A stretch of DNA of 62,720 nucleotides, the filler included, from Choristocarpus tenellus KU-1152 (lineage: Eukaryota; Protista; Phaeophyceae), in NCBI GenBank assembly GCA_964200185.2. It is 9 parts of 9 records of this genome, joined end to end, with 100 filler letters (N's around TTAATTAATTAA, not from the genome) between each part and the next. Parts side by side here need not be neighbours in the genome. Positions count along the whole stretch, not along the records: positions 5,128 to 22,539 come from CAXNAD020000674.1; positions 22,640 to 27,865 come from CAXNAD020011432.1; 7 more parts are not named here. One strand, 5' to 3'. Every line of letters starts with the position of its first letter. Within the stretch, counting starts at the first letter, position 1. The notes under the pieces are model-generated. The model did not search any database. It was not told where the DNA came from and saw only the letters and a list, made by a program, of their open reading frames with translations. Made by a program: the position numbers and the translations under genes. This document shows, one piece after another, positions 11,547 through 25,359 of this stretch.

Positions 11547-14500
11547 TCACGTGTATGACACTGGGGCTGGTCCATATAAGGATGACCACGATAATGGAGA
11601 TGTCCATTTCACACCACCGGCAGGATGAACCTCAGGGACTTATCATGGTTTACAAACGCATTGGCAATAGGGAGGGCAGGGAGAAGGGTCATCGGTAACA
11701 GAAAGGCATTACTTCCATGGCACATGGGGGGAGCCAGCGAGAGTATGATCTGTCAACAACCTAGTGATTCTCTTCAAAATTCCATTATTGAAAAAATCCG
11801 TGTAAGTACGAAAAGGAGAAAAACATGTTAGCAGTGTATTACGCACTTCCTACGTACACACTATCCTCTCAAGTGGGACCTCTTACTTCCAGTAGTCCCA
11901 TAATAAAAGATCTCCTCCCCGCTACTGTCCTCACCTGCACCAATGCCTTCGCCATTCTCTACAGGAAACAGCCCTAGGGCAGTGTTGATCACTTCCGCAA
12001 TAGTAACTGCCTGTGGGACATTATCCCCTTCGCTACAGAAGTGGAGGAGGATGGTTGTGGGAGGAGCATCAGTTCCTGCCTGCTTACACATATGCCCACA
12101 AACTCCCATTCCAGAAGGAAAGTGCGGCATCCCTTCCTCCTGAATGATGCCATGGATAAAACCAACATAGGCAACCAGTTAACCGGGGGTCACGAGAATG
12201 GAAAAAAGCGGTTAAACCACAGGGTTCATGTGTGCAGGGAAAAAGAGTCACTAAAGTATGGACTAGGAGACATACTTTTAAACAATATCCCCTCTGTGTG
12301 AATGTGTGCCCCCCCCCCAACCCCACAAAAAAACTCCTAAACGAAAAAATACCCCCTTGACAAGGTATAGATTCACTGCTCTTTCCCCTTCCTCCATCAA
12401 TCCCATCTGTGATGTGCCAACCTCTGTCCTCACCCTATGCCTACCCCACCAACGCTCTCCGTCCTCTGGCTCCTCCATCTCGAATGTTTCCCTTGCCATT
12501 GCGCCACCGGGCATGTCAAGCAGGCGATTTGCTTCAATGGATGTAACATTTGCAGCACTTTTCAAGTCCAGTTCACCCACCCCTGCTGATCTAAGCGCGT
12601 CTTCCAGCTTGCTCCGAGGCGGTCGTACTTCCTCTGCTCCAGCCTGCCAATCAAAAACACCCATCATCAAAATGATGACAATGGTAGTCCGTCAAGAGTA
12701 AAGGGTGGTTGACAGGAAAACAGTAAGGCAACTCTCAAACGTGAAATTACCAGAGGATAAAAAGAACATAATCTCACAAAAGAGAAAGATCCCTTGGTAG
12801 AGAGATGTAGGATAAGCTGGATAACTGTCCACCAAGTATCTTACAATAACTTCGTATTGCAACACATTTTCACACCACTCCAAACCACAAGGGAGAAGAT
12901 AACATGAACACACCGATCATCATGATGAGCATCTCTAATATAATGCAGGTACAGATTAACTGGAACTAAACAAAACAGAGGCACACAGAGTACTATCGAT
13001 CACCAAAAGCACATAGAAACTTAAGAATGCAAGCAAATACTGTACCTAAAATAGTGCAATGATCAATTATGCAGTCCTTACTTGGGAAGAAGTTGTGGGG
13101 TATGCTCTGTATTGTTTTACTGCAGCAATCCCTCCTGGAGTAGGGTCCAACCCACCTGGCGGATCTGCTCCACTAACAAGTAGAACCTCCTGTATGGCGG
13201 TCAAGGTGCAACAAACAACAAAAGTATCAGCAGAGTCAGCTTGAATGTCCAGAGATTCACCACTGGATTTGTTCTTGTTTATCAAACTCAGGTATTATGA
13301 AATGAAAAAAAATACTGTTGATACGTTGAATGGGTTGTGTACTTGAGTGGGGATGAAGGTGTAATGACTTCTTCCAACAAAAAACGAGTGATTCAACATG
13401 CAAGAATGGAGAGCATTCACTCCCAACTATGCTTGCATTGACTCGCTGGTGAAGTCACCTTAAATCCTGATCTGCAAGCCCACGCCATGAGCTCTGCAGC
13501 AAATGCAGCCTCACTCCCAGGTATGACTGGTGCCCTTTGTTGCAAAAGGGTCACTGGCCTGCCGCTGAAGCGGTGAAGCTCTAGATTGAGACATATCTGT
13601 GGACTTTGACCTTTATAGAATACCTCGTACCCAACTGCTGGTGACTGAGGCAAGTTGGGATATAGTAAAGGTCAGCGGATGCTGAGTCGAACGGTCTCAA
13701 GGAGGCCATCCTTATCAGGGCTACCACTGGTGACGGCATCACGTCAAAACTGATCTTTTTCGACTCTTGGTCATCACAAGTTTATATCCGTACATGATAT
13801 CCTTGCGATTGGGTGTATGACCTATGTCCAAACAAAAGTAGCAGCAAAATGCAACACTCACCACATGCTCCGTTTCGAGGTAGCCCACCCTCTTGAGTGA
13901 GATGGGAGACTGAAAAGTGAGAAAAATTAGCAAGGTGGAGTGAAGGACAGGTACGACGGCGAGGTCAGAGGTCAGGGTTGCACCCTCATGTATCATTTCG
14001 GGTGTTAAAGGAAGGATAACGGGGCCATCAGGGAAAACGGACGCGAAAGTACCACGAACACCAGATGTGCGCGATCGCACAGTCGCGACCGTAACCATCA
14101 AGAGAGGATGCACTTTCTCAAGGCTGTTATGAGATAAAAAATGGTGGGATTGGGTGGAATTTCAACGGCACTGGGAGGAGGGCGCGGCATCACATCACAG
14201 ACATCTCTCATCTGCACCAATATTGTACATCCATGCAAAGAGCTAGACAATTGATCGTTGAATCAACACGGATTATTCTACGCACATTTGATGGCGCCGC
14301 CCAGCCAGTGCTGAGGAAAAGGTCTACCGCTAGTTGACCAACATTGCCAGTGCTCACGATGGGGACCTGACGCACATAAGGTCAGGTAAATTTGGAGGCG
14401 AGAAAATCGTGAGGACCACATAGTTTACTCCAACGAAGTCCATGTACGCAATACACCTCAGTAAAGGCTTCAGCTGCGGCCTATAAGCCATGTCGTGTCT

Positions 14501-14829
14501 GCAACAAAAGGGTGTCGCATCTATTTCAACGGTCAGTGTCCAACTAAAGATGAGGGCAAGAGTCCTACTTCCCTCTGATGAAGAGACATTCCTTGATGCT
14601 TGATCAACATCATCGCAGGAGCAGATAATCAACCAGAAGGGATACTCTGAGTATTCGGGGCAGCAGTACAAATAAGCGAATGAACAATGTACAATCAATT
14701 GTGACATGGCAAAGAATGCAAACGAAAGGCAAGTAACAGGTTGGTATAATGAGTGAGGACTATCAGGTGCCTCACAATCAGTGTATCCCCCTCGAACGAA
14801 GGAGCATCCTTCACTCGTACGAACATCAT
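11547..14829 (-). CDS. PSMG2: Proteasome assembly chaperone 2 (PAC2/PSMG2), about 8 exons
   Basis: Exons 14829-14776 (MMFVRVKDAPSFEGDTLI), 14366-14286 (VPIVSTGNVGQLAVDLFLST), 13909-13862 (LKRVGYLETEHV), 13644-13459 (VTLLQQRAPVIPG...AELMAWACRSGFK), about 13190-13085, about 12645-12435, about 12075-11887 (LLHFCSEGDNVPQA), 11638-11547 (KWTSPLSWSSLYG...*). The GNVGQLA, QQR, CSEGDN and WxxPxSW motifs are PAC2 family signatures. Confidence 0.9.
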
Positions 14830-15732
14830 CTTGAAATGACCGCTTCCTATTCCTCCTCTTAGTCTGCAGCGAATGACCTTCTTCCACACAGATATATCCC
14901 TTCGTTTTGGAGACACAACTTACCTTCTTCCCTCTCTCTCTCCTGTTGTCTATTTTTTGTTGTACGCACTCGTCACTGCAACGTTTTCATTTTTACCCAA
15001 TCAAATTGATTTCGATCGCCTTCATATTGCGGTGGCAAAGAACCTCCACAAGAATAGTATAACTATCTCTACACCTTGTTTCCAATCAGTAAGTAATAAA
15101 TATTCTTATGTTCTAGATGTTTCCATTCCAGAAAACAAATTTTACCAAACACTACTGGTAGACAAAATATCTTATTGGTTAGGTACAAAATATTAAGAGG
15201 GCATAATAATAACATTATTGCTCCCGTATCCAAAATGCTATTGTTTCTATCAAAAACAAAAGAAATATGTTCGTTATCTTGTCAAGAGATGCGGACAATA
15301 AAATATTCGATAATATATATGATCGTACAAATTCAATATAATCATATGATTAATGTTGGAAAAGTTGTAGATATATATATGTATGGATGATTTCAAATCA
15401 AAATATTGTACCGAAATTTGTTGATAGTGGTAGTAGTGTAGAATATACTCTTACAAATGTCGACAGAAATGCATTTTCATGAGATGTTTGGACGAAATCG
15501 CCGAAACTGCCAATGCCAAAATCGATCTTTTCCCTATCCCTAACTGTGGAAAAAAACCTAACCCTTGACCAAACGCCTCCGGTAGTTGAAGGACCCAACC
15601 TTTTTGGCTCGCCGTCCAATATGTACGTTATGAGATAAGGTTGGTCTATAGGTGGCATACTTTCTCTCTTGCCTTGCCAGCAACCCCGTACCGCCCTGTA
15701 TATAATCCAACGTTAGTATTGTAGGGAAGGGT

Positions 15733-18700
15733 ATGGGTCCTAATAATGTTGTTCCGGGAGTTCTGGTGGCTCTGGTCTGCTTCACATGTCGGGCAATAGC
15801 CTTTGCCCCTTCCTTGACCCTTACCCGTGTAGGGGGGCTTAGTGGCCAGAGCAGGCTTACCCACAATGAACAGGGTACCGGAAACTTCGTTGCGAGTTCA
15901 AGGACTCTAGAGCTATCTAACTGGGGTTCATCTAGTACTAGGTCTGAAACGGTTGAGGCGCGTGGACTGTCGATGGTGGTGGCCGCACCTAAGATGAAGA
16001 CAGCTATTATCACGGGTGCATCCTCTGGTAGGTCGAATGAAGTCAATGAGTCAAGTCAAAGTTACAGCCTTTGTTGAATTTCACTATAGTCGGTGAGAAT
16101 CGTGTCTTGTAGAGGTGGGGGAACGCGCCTACTTCCACGTGTTGAAAAAAGGATCATGTTTCATGTTTTTTGCGTCGATTCCAAGTTTTAGCTGTGAACA
16201 TTCGGCGTGGGATGGTCAACAGGGTACTGCAACTCTCCGCAATGCGTCAATCCCATTTTCCGCTTGCACGTTGGTGGGATTTCATGACAAAGTCGACCAG
16301 GGATCTGGAGTCATGGAATCTCCATGGGTGGCCTTATCGTCATGTTGCACTATATCCGACTTAGGGCATCATCTGTTGCCATCAAAGTGTTTACTCTGCC
16401 TTCAGATTTGAAGGATAGCCCCTTCGCATGGGCGGATATCGCCACAGCTTTCCAGATGAAGAGGAAATCTCAACAAGGGCTTTGATGTGTAGAGATCGAG
16501 TAGGAATTGGTTTTCTTTCACCACTCTTGACACCTCTAAATGCCTTCCCAACTTTATATTTTGATCCCTTCTTTCCACCTGTATTTTTGACCTCAAGGTA
16601 TTGGGTTGGAGGCGGCGAAGTCGCTAGCTGCTACTGGAGAGTGGCACGTTATCATGGCTGTACGAACTTTTGCCAAGACCGAGAAGGCAGCTCGTGATGC
16701 TGGGATAGACCCCGAGAGTTACACTGTGATGAACCTCGACCTTGGAGCTCTTGAAAGTGTACGTCAATTTTCCAAGGCGATCAAGGCTGCGAAGATCAAG
16801 CCGGATGCCCTGGTGTGCAATGCTGCTGTATGGTTTCCCAAGGTGACCTCGCAGTATCTCTTGTTGTACTATGTATCTGAGACTATTCAAAAAGTGACGC
16901 ATTCTCGAACGGTTTTATGGTGTGGGGTTGCCATACTTGGTGGGGTTCAGTTATTATGGTACTCCATTCCAATTTTATTGTTCTTGATATGCTGTTTCGT
17001 TTTGGTGCCTGTGCTGGATTCCTGACAGGCAACCATATTACTGTCACTACTGTCGAGGTCCTTTGTCCATATAAGCCATACTCTAACCCTGTTTCTATGT
17101 CAACATGTGACTTTCCTATGATGGACTGCTCTTGTCAATATGTCAAGACATCTGAGAACTGGTTTATTTTGAAAGAATTTTAATTCCTTAATGGATTCGG
17201 TATCCAGTACCCACCCATTACATGTACTGTTTTTCCCTATTGAGCACTGGGTGCCATGTTGTAGTGTACCAATACACTCATGCAAGAAAATTTACAGCTT
17301 TGATTACCTTTAGTCAGTTCAAGGTACTTTTTAAATACAAAGAGTTTATCGTATGTGGTGGGTAGCCTATTCCCTTCCCTTTGCCTTTGTGTGCTTTTGT
17401 GTGGGTTCCTTTTGGCTCTTGAAGTGCTCTCTAAACAGTGTTGTGTACCTTGGTATGAATGGCAGCACAAGAGGAAGAGTGAGTGTTGTATGTGGCATGT
17501 ACAACTGTGGTATGATTGGGTCTGTATTGCTGACACACAACTGACCAATTGGTCAGTACTAGGTAAATAATATAATCCTGAGTTGCAAGCCTCATTGAAG
17601 GAGTTACTAAAGAACACAATCTACAAGGTAGCAACAGTGAATCTTAGGGTTACTTGAGATGTGCAGTGCTTATTCTGGTCAAGTATTATATAACATAGGT
17701 TAATATCAGGGGGAGGCAGGTATTCCTATGCAGCAGCCCTTCCAGGGCAGGACATTCGTAAATTACACTACAGGATTAAGTTGTGAAAGTGTTCCTATCC
17801 CACCTGAGACATGTTTGATACTTGATCATTTAGGACCAAGCTGGTCAGCATGGGAACTCACCTTGAATATGCATCCTATTGCTTCTTCTGTCACAATTTT
17901 CGGCCCAGAGTTTTGTACGGCATAGCATTCCAGATTAGTCATGATGGTTCCGGTTAAGGAAGCTACAAAATGTGATAGTGAGGACACTTGTTACTTTTCA
18001 GTCGCCTCTAGTTTATAGGGTAGTGGGCAAGTGCATTGCTGAGAACGCTGCAGGGGTGATAGAGTGAGCTTACTACCCTAGCAATACTGCATCTGTGAAA
18101 CTGATGGAACTTTTATTTATTATTGTATTTCTTGTCTACACAATGAGAACTGTTGTGTGACACTAAGTATCAATCAATACGCACAGTGGAGGAATTATGA
18201 CAGATTATGACACTAGGATAATGTGAACCTATGACAGATTATGACACTAGGATAATGTGAACCTATGCAAGATTATGATAGTAGGATAATGTGAACCAAA
18301 TAGAGTTCATACATTCCCTAGGTGCCATGTAGGGCAAATTTATTACGTTTTTCCCTTTCTCACTATCTCCTAAATGCCTCTAATTTGGCTTCATTGCTCA
18401 CACATAATCCATTAATTCCTGCTTGTGATGGACTCTGATCGCCTATGTCTGGTCTTCTGTGCACAGGACAAGCAACCACGCCGTACAGCAGATGGGTTTG
18501 AGGAGGCAGTGGGGGTAAACCACCTTGGCCATTTCCTCTTGTGCAACCTTCTCATGGATGAGCTCAAGAGCTCCAGGGTGATCTTCATTGGAACTGAGAC
18601 CCACAACCCCGGCAGTATTGCAGGAAAGATCCCGCCGCAGGCACACCTCGGTGACCTCAGTGGCCTTGCAGCAAATGATGCCATGATTGATGGTGGCAAG

Positions 18701-19918
18701 TTTGAGCCTACTAAGGTGCACCCTGATACCCTATCCGTAGTATTACTGTCGTGTAAGTTGGTGTAACTGTTTCCTCTGCAGCATTTAGGATAGGTTGTTT
18801 ATTTCCACAGACGGAGGGGTGGAGAGTCCATGATGCCTTACGACATTATGATATTTACTGCTCAGTAGTCTCAAGATCTGATTGGATACATGGTTTGTCT
18901 TACTGAACTACTCAATGTGTCACAATATTCCCACACCTTCAAGATGTCAAAATCAGGTTTGGAGATGGCATTTGCAAAGTATGAGTCTTTACATTCCAGT
19001 GCGAAACTCCATTCCCCACTGCTCATCCGGCACTCTGTTTTGCCTGTGCTTCCTATTGTTTTTTCAATCAATAGGCATACAAGGACTCCAAGGTATGCAA
19101 TGTGTTGATGATGCGTGAGATGGACAAGCGTTACAGTGGCCAGGGCATGACTGTCAGTGCCCTCTTCCCCGGATGCATTGCTGAGTCTCCCCTGTTCAGG
19201 GAGAAGAGGGGTTGGTTCCGTACCATCTTCCCCCTGTTCCAGAAGTACATCACCAAGCAGTTTGTATCCACAGAGGTAAGTGTTTGTCTTGGCAGTGAGT
19301 TGGAAAGATAAAATGTGCTTGAACCTTTTGGGGGGATGTTGAAAACAGAGTTACATGCCAATCAATTGAAAAAGCATGTTAGAAAAACTTTTCTTTTGAG
19401 AGAATAGGAGTTGTGTTTGCTTTGAGTAGTTCACCATGTGTAACTGGTTTCTTTGATGATATGAAATGGATGTTCCCTCAAGGCCGGCCTGATCACTGAT
19501 CAATGGAACAAACTTAACTCCTTTTTCTTTTTTTAGAAATTTGGCAACACGCTCTAAGATTTTTCTTTTTCAGGGCAATAATTCGTGTTCCAGTTTTGTG
19601 CATATATATGCATATATATATATATTTGAACAGTTCACCTTGCTAATACATTGAACAGAGTCCTGAGATGCTGTGTCTCATCATTGTCCCGCTATGTCTC
19701 ATCATGCCCAAATTTGTTGTTGGTGCCAATAGGAGGCTGGTCGACGTGTAGCCGAAGTCGCCTCCTCACCCAAGTTCAATAAGTCCGGTACCTACTGGCG
19801 CTGGAATGGACAAGATGCTGAGGCCACTGCCCGTGAGAATGTTGTGTCAGATGAGGCCATGGATGAGGCACGGTGTGTCCAACTATGGGACATCAGCTCC
19901 AAGCTTGTGGGTATCTAA
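15733..19918 (+). CDS. POR: Light-dependent NADPH:protochlorophyllide oxidoreductase, plastid-targeted, 5 exons, 391 aa
   Basis: Exons 15733-16027, 16598-16842, 18467-18715, 19075-19275, 19733-19918 total 1176 nt, in frame with all GT-AG introns. Motifs: signal peptide plus AIAFAP, TAIITGASSGIGL Rossmann motif, LVCNAA, VNHLGHFLL, catalytic AYKDSK, PGCIA, FPLFQK, LWDISSKLVG. Confidence 0.95.
18196..18297. repeat. 34-bp minisatellite, 3 copies, in POR intron 2
   Basis: TATGACAGATTATGACACTAGGATAATGTGAACC repeated at 18196, 18230 and 18264. Confidence 0.9.
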
Positions 19919-20958
19919 ATGCTTCTGCTTTAGGTATTACTATCTTGGTTATCGCAATAGGGTGTTTGGGGGGGAGACTTGAGGTAAGTAGATTGGGTTG
20001 TTGGCATGATTATTCTTTGTCTACGTTGTAGAAGTGAAAGAAATGAAGTGTGTTGAATGGGGATAGGGAGTGTATGTATTGTGAAAGGGATACCAAAACA
20101 CACAATCGAGTCCGAAATTTGTTTTGCTTACTGTGGGAGGTTGGCCTAAGTTGAGTTGGGGCTGCTAACCAAGAAAAGAAAAGAGGTGACTTTAAATATT
20201 TGTTTTTTTTGTGGTTTTGGGAACTTGTCCTTCGTACACATTCCTCTTTGGCCTTAGGGTACTTTTACTTAGACCAGTGATGTGATGGATTGACTGTCGA
20301 GGACTCAAAGTGATGGTGATGTCGAGCTCTCCAACTGAGACCACCTGAATAGTTGTCGTGTGTAGATTTAGCACATCACTGCCCCCTTGAGCTTTTTTGG
20401 TGGGGGGTTAATGTTTTATCAAACTCTGTGAGAAGAGAGTGTGGTGAGAGATTTAATGTTGCAATTAATATGTGGAGTTGGATGTTATGAAGGTGCTGCA
20501 AGAGGGGGGAGGGGGAGGGAGGTAGAGTGTGTGAGGGCAAAGGGCATGAGGTACCGCTAGTGACTGGCGTTGTGGAGGGCTTTCGAACGTAATTGATAAT
20601 TTTCTGCCCTAACCCTAACCCTCTGACAATGTTCTGCTGCGCTATGATCCTCACTCTTCAGGAGTTTTTGATGTGGGGTGGGAGCATGTTCCCTGTTTTT
20701 TGTTGCTTTTTGTGAGTGTTGGAGTCATCTGTACTCCTACTGTGTGTGGAAGAACGGACTGAGCCCTTTTGTATACTGAGGTGACTGAGATGGTGGTTGG
20801 TATAGTGTAATAACTATTATGGTGGTGGTTAAAACTTGTGAGTATGAAACTGCTCCTAAAATAAAATATTAAAAAAAGGAAGATAATTTGGAATGTGTAC
20901 TCTGGAATACATGAGGAACAACTTCATGATTCCTTCTTACGCTTATTTTTCTTTTTTA

Positions 20959-21132
20959 GCATCAAAGTATCTGGGGGGGGGGGTGGCTGTCCATTTGGGG
21001 TCAATTTTTTCATGTTGCGATTTTTAGGTGATTTCATTCCATACGTCGGATGGATAATTTAAGTGCACTTTTCCTGATTGTGGCAAATGGACACCCTGGT
21101 GTAGAACCCCCCCCCCCAAGATACTTTGAGTC
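20959..21132. mobile_element. MITE family B copy
   Basis: TIRs CAAAGTATCTGGGG...CCCCAAGATACTTTGAGTC and conserved interior. Confidence 0.8.
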
Positions 21133-21941
21133 TTCGTTGCTTGTGCAAGTAGCAGAGTAGGTACTACTGTGCACAGATGGATGGAAGGATTAGGATTGCT
21201 CAGTTTTAAATGTTAACCATATGAGGGGTGTTTAAAATATGTGGAACGATGTATGTGCTGGCTGGTTGTGTATGTGCAAGTGACAGCAAGCACTTTTATG
21301 CCCATAGGATAGTAGCAGTATCATGAGTTGGAAACACGAGTGAGCAATGTCCTGTTTATGTTCTGCTTGTAGCACTCCAATCAAAACATGAGTCCTGTCC
21401 AAAAGGAGTCAATACGAAAACATTGATAATGATTCATTGAACACATACTAGTTGAAGTCAAGATGCTCAAACATTTCCAGGTGCTCTCATGGAGGAAGAA
21501 GCCACACTAAATGTGCTCAGAACCATGTCTAGAAAAAAGTTTACAAAATAGAAAAAAAAAAAATGACAGAAAGTAGGTGTAAAGAAATTCAACACAATCA
21601 ACAATGAGAAAACCATTATTAGAAAAAGATATATCCAGAAGTGAGGAAATGGAAGATGTGGAAATTCTAAATGAAATTACTCCAACTTGGAAAAATAGGG
21701 AATGCTCAGTCAAATTACACACGACTGTTCAAGCATTACCGATCACGAGTAACTAAAGACATTAACAAGCGAGTGTTCAAATACAAATCAAATAGACAAC
21801 CGAGAAAATATGTTCATTGAGAAAATCCTTCAAGGGTTACTTCATCCACCTGAAATTGAGTTATCTCGTTCTGATGATGACATCCCAGCATCGCGTGTAC
21901 GATAACTTCAGTATGTATTATGCTGGCATCAAACTTTATTA

Positions 21942-22115
21942 GGCTCAAAGTATCTGGGGGGGGAGGGTGGCTGGGCTACACCAAGGTGTCCATTTGGGGC
22001 ACAACCACGAAAAGTAAACCTATATTATCCATTCGATGTACTCAACCAAAAATCGCGACATGAAAAAATTGGCCCCAAGTGGACAGCCGCCGCCTCTTCC
22101 CAGATACTTTAAGCC
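21942..22115. mobile_element. MITE family B copy (reverse orientation), 4-bp TSD ATTA
   Basis: ATTA|GGCTCAAAGTATCTGGG...CCCAGATACTTTAAGCC|ATTA. Confidence 0.85.
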
Positions 22116-24446
22116 ATTACGGGAGAGGGATATCACAAATGAGGAGAATAGGATAAGCAGTTACGTTTTTGAGGGGAACAGTTGAGTGAGTCACTGGCAG
22201 TGTGACCACTGATTACCCTACAATGGTGAGAAGCAGATCCTACCATCGCCCGTTAATTAGAAGAGCGGGCATTGAATGTGTCTCATACGTTCTCTTACTT
22301 TCACACGGAGTGCAAGAGTCAACCTACTGCACTTTCAACATTCTGTCGTCAGAGTTCAGGTTTATCACTTTAATATTACTCTTAACAGCCTCTCAGCAAA
22401 ATTGAGGATGGCGCATACTATGGAGGATGGGTTTGACAGAAATGGTGCGCAGAAAGTGCTCATATATTTTTTTTTGTAAATGTCATAAAACTTTTTTAGG
22501 GCCCCTTTTTGAATGGGAATCCATGAAAAGCCCCTCAAANNNNNNNNNNNNNNNNNNNNNNNNNNNNNNNNNNNNNNNNNNNNTTAATTAATTAANNNNN
22601 NNNNNNNNNNNNNNNNNNNNNNNNNNNNNNNNNNNNNNNCCAAAATCATCAAAGAGGATAAAGGTGATAAACCCCGGCGAGATTGCTTGGTGTCTGTAGA
22701 GTGATTGATTAAAGTTAGGTGGGGTATGCAATGCCCCAAAAAATCAGAAATATTTCCTTCCTTTTCTATGAGAAAATTTCTCATTCAACTAATCACTAGT
22801 AAAAGTTTCTGACAACTCAACCACTAATTGATTGTTCTGTTACTCCATACATATTTTACCGTAACTATCCGATAGAGTTGGAAGAGTCAATCGAACATAC
22901 ACTGCTTTCACGAAGACGGGCAAAGTGTTTCCGAGAAGTTCCCTTTCGGGAATCAATATTGTACGACCATTCTTAGGGGGTGGTTTTGGTTGTTACAGTG
23001 AATCAGGGTTGGACAAGCGGGATACAGTAAACATGACATAGTGAGTGTGGGGGACATGGTCATTTATTGGACGTTGAGCGCTTACTATTACAAACGCTGT
23101 ACACAGCACATGCCCTGTGCCCACGTCTACGACAAATCTCCAACAACAGCTTCATATGTTGGATTGGGGGTTCAAATCCTGATAAACATGTGTGTGTGTC
23201 GAGACAAGGGGTTTATGTGATTTGTGACTGGCCCAGATATACATCGCAACCGGTCGCATTCTGACCGCATAGGGAACCCTAAGACAATGCACAGCGTGGT
23301 CATCATGTGGTGTGGAAAAGTGTTTATAACAACATTTGTGTTTTTTGCCAAAGTTGCTATAAGTTCAGTTCGAGCTGTTCATACAGAGAAGCGCGGTGAA
23401 AAAAAATGGCCGAACGCATTCCACACCCTAAACAATTGCTTCTCGGGAAGGGGTGGACCCAGAACGCCGATGTGAGAGCTAGGAGAACTTGATGGAGGGC
23501 CATATTACACATCGGGGCTATACTATACAGCTGTGGGATACACCACAGCACACACATGCAGGTGTAAAGGATGCGAGCATGTTTATGTCGCATCATTCGT
23601 CATGGGCGATATATTACCATAGTGTTTAATGAGATTGGTCTTGTGGGAACGCTCCTCAACATAGAGGGTATGCTTTTCTTGTACGAAACTCACCTCTTGC
23701 TTTCCTTTGGGGGCATGGCAACGTTTGTTGATTAGCTCATGTGTCTCTCCTTTGATGGAGTGATAGCTGCAGGGGGTGGGGACGTTGTGAACCGGAGAGG
23801 GGAAACCGGTACAAGGGAGTACCACACAATTTTGTGCGTTGGGTCAGGTCTAGAGAGTATGGGTGGTCACGGACGGGTTAGATCGTTCAGGAAAGGCACG
23901 CACCTGGTGTCCTCTCGCGAACGAAGTCCTGTCGTCTTTATCTCTTCTCACACGCTTGGTATTCCGGGGTGTTTGACTTCGGTGATTAAGCGACAGTGGC
24001 AGACGAGTTTGATCCTTCTACAAGGGATATATACCCACCTCCTAGTGTGGATCTCCTCCGATACGGTTCTGGAGGTGATTGTCCACGTACCATAAGACGT
24101 TGGCTCAAGTCCGTCCGAGGAGAAGAATGTTCTTATAGCAAAAACATGAACGTAGGAAGTAATATATATTTTGATGAAAGTTGCACTCCTCATCATAAAC
24201 ATAACATAAATTAACTATTCGACCATCCTTTCCTCTTTATTCTTATCATTTCGAATTGGCGTTCAATGTGAAACCCAATCGAAAATGTAACATTGTCATA
24301 TATCATCATTGACCTAAACTGGAGGAACAAAATGTCATGTCTGTTTACACACAACCAATATTTTACGATATATTATAAAACATTAGATTTTCGTTTGCGA
24401 TTCCCACATGTGAGGGGTTGAAGAGGTGGCATTAAAGACCAAGTTT

Positions 24447-24820
24447 GTTCCAAAAAAGGTATCCTCCCATAATGTAGTCCTCTTCTTTCACATAAACGGT
24501 TCAACATTTCATAAATGTCATAAATGTAATTCCGACCATTTTCGTCGCACAACATATACTCAACACCAAGAAATCGTCAACTTGGTAGAGTGACTAGGAC
24601 TTAGCGCGTTTATTACTTTTATACGCAACAGTTACAAAAGTTCCAAAAAGGTATCCTCCCACATTGTAGTCCTTTTCTTTCACATAAACGGTTCAACATT
24701 TCATAAATGCAATTCCAACCATTTTTGTCGAACGATAGATACTCCACACCAAGAAATCGTCAATGTGGTAGAGTGACTAGGACCTGCCGCGTTTCTTTTT
24801 TATGCACAATAGTTACAAAA
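24447..24820. repeat. Tandem duplication, about 190-bp unit x2
   Basis: GTTCCAAAAA(A)GGTATCCTCCC...GGTAGAGTGACTAGGAC...AGTTACAAAA at 24447 and 24640. Confidence 0.85.
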
Positions 24821-25359
24821 AAATGTTAGTAAAAGTAAACCCAACTTCGCCCAAACTACCACACCCACTCCCCCTTCCTCACAAATCTTATTCGCCCGTC
24901 CAATGTTTAAACGAACGAAAGGTGAACATTATCGAGCATTCGCTGCCGCCATTCGAGGATAGGACGCTCAGGACCGCACGACACAGGTGGGATGGACACC
25001 AGACAGGCACTGGGGGAACTGGGCAACACAGGAAATGGACTCGTGGACTCCAGGGGACTAGGTCTGGCGCCACCCCAAAGGTAAGCGCAGGCCACCATCG
25101 CCATTAGACATACGTCAAATACAGTCCAGGCGTATCCTAAATATGACAGTGAGGGATGAACGTTCCTAGGATCTTCCAAATACGAATAAAACAATCTAAC
25201 AGACAGCATTGAACGTCACAACAAACCCCTCTCCACATTGAACACTATATCCGGATACAACCATTTCCGATACTTTCCGATACCCAAAAATGCCCTGACC
25301 CTAACCCTAGCCCTAGCCCCAACTCTTCAAAGTCCTTTCATTACAACCCTGACCCTAAC

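Noticed and set aside
17540-17557. 18-bp perfect palindrome ACTGACCAATTGGTCAGT in a POR intron
   Set aside because: A single short palindrome is plausible by chance in 62 kb; no supporting context
18196-18297. 34-bp repeat of CRISPR-repeat length
   Set aside because: Copies are contiguous with no spacers; intronic minisatellite
21360-21930. A-rich stretch resembling a decayed ORF
   Set aside because: Multiple stops in all frames and no identifiable motif
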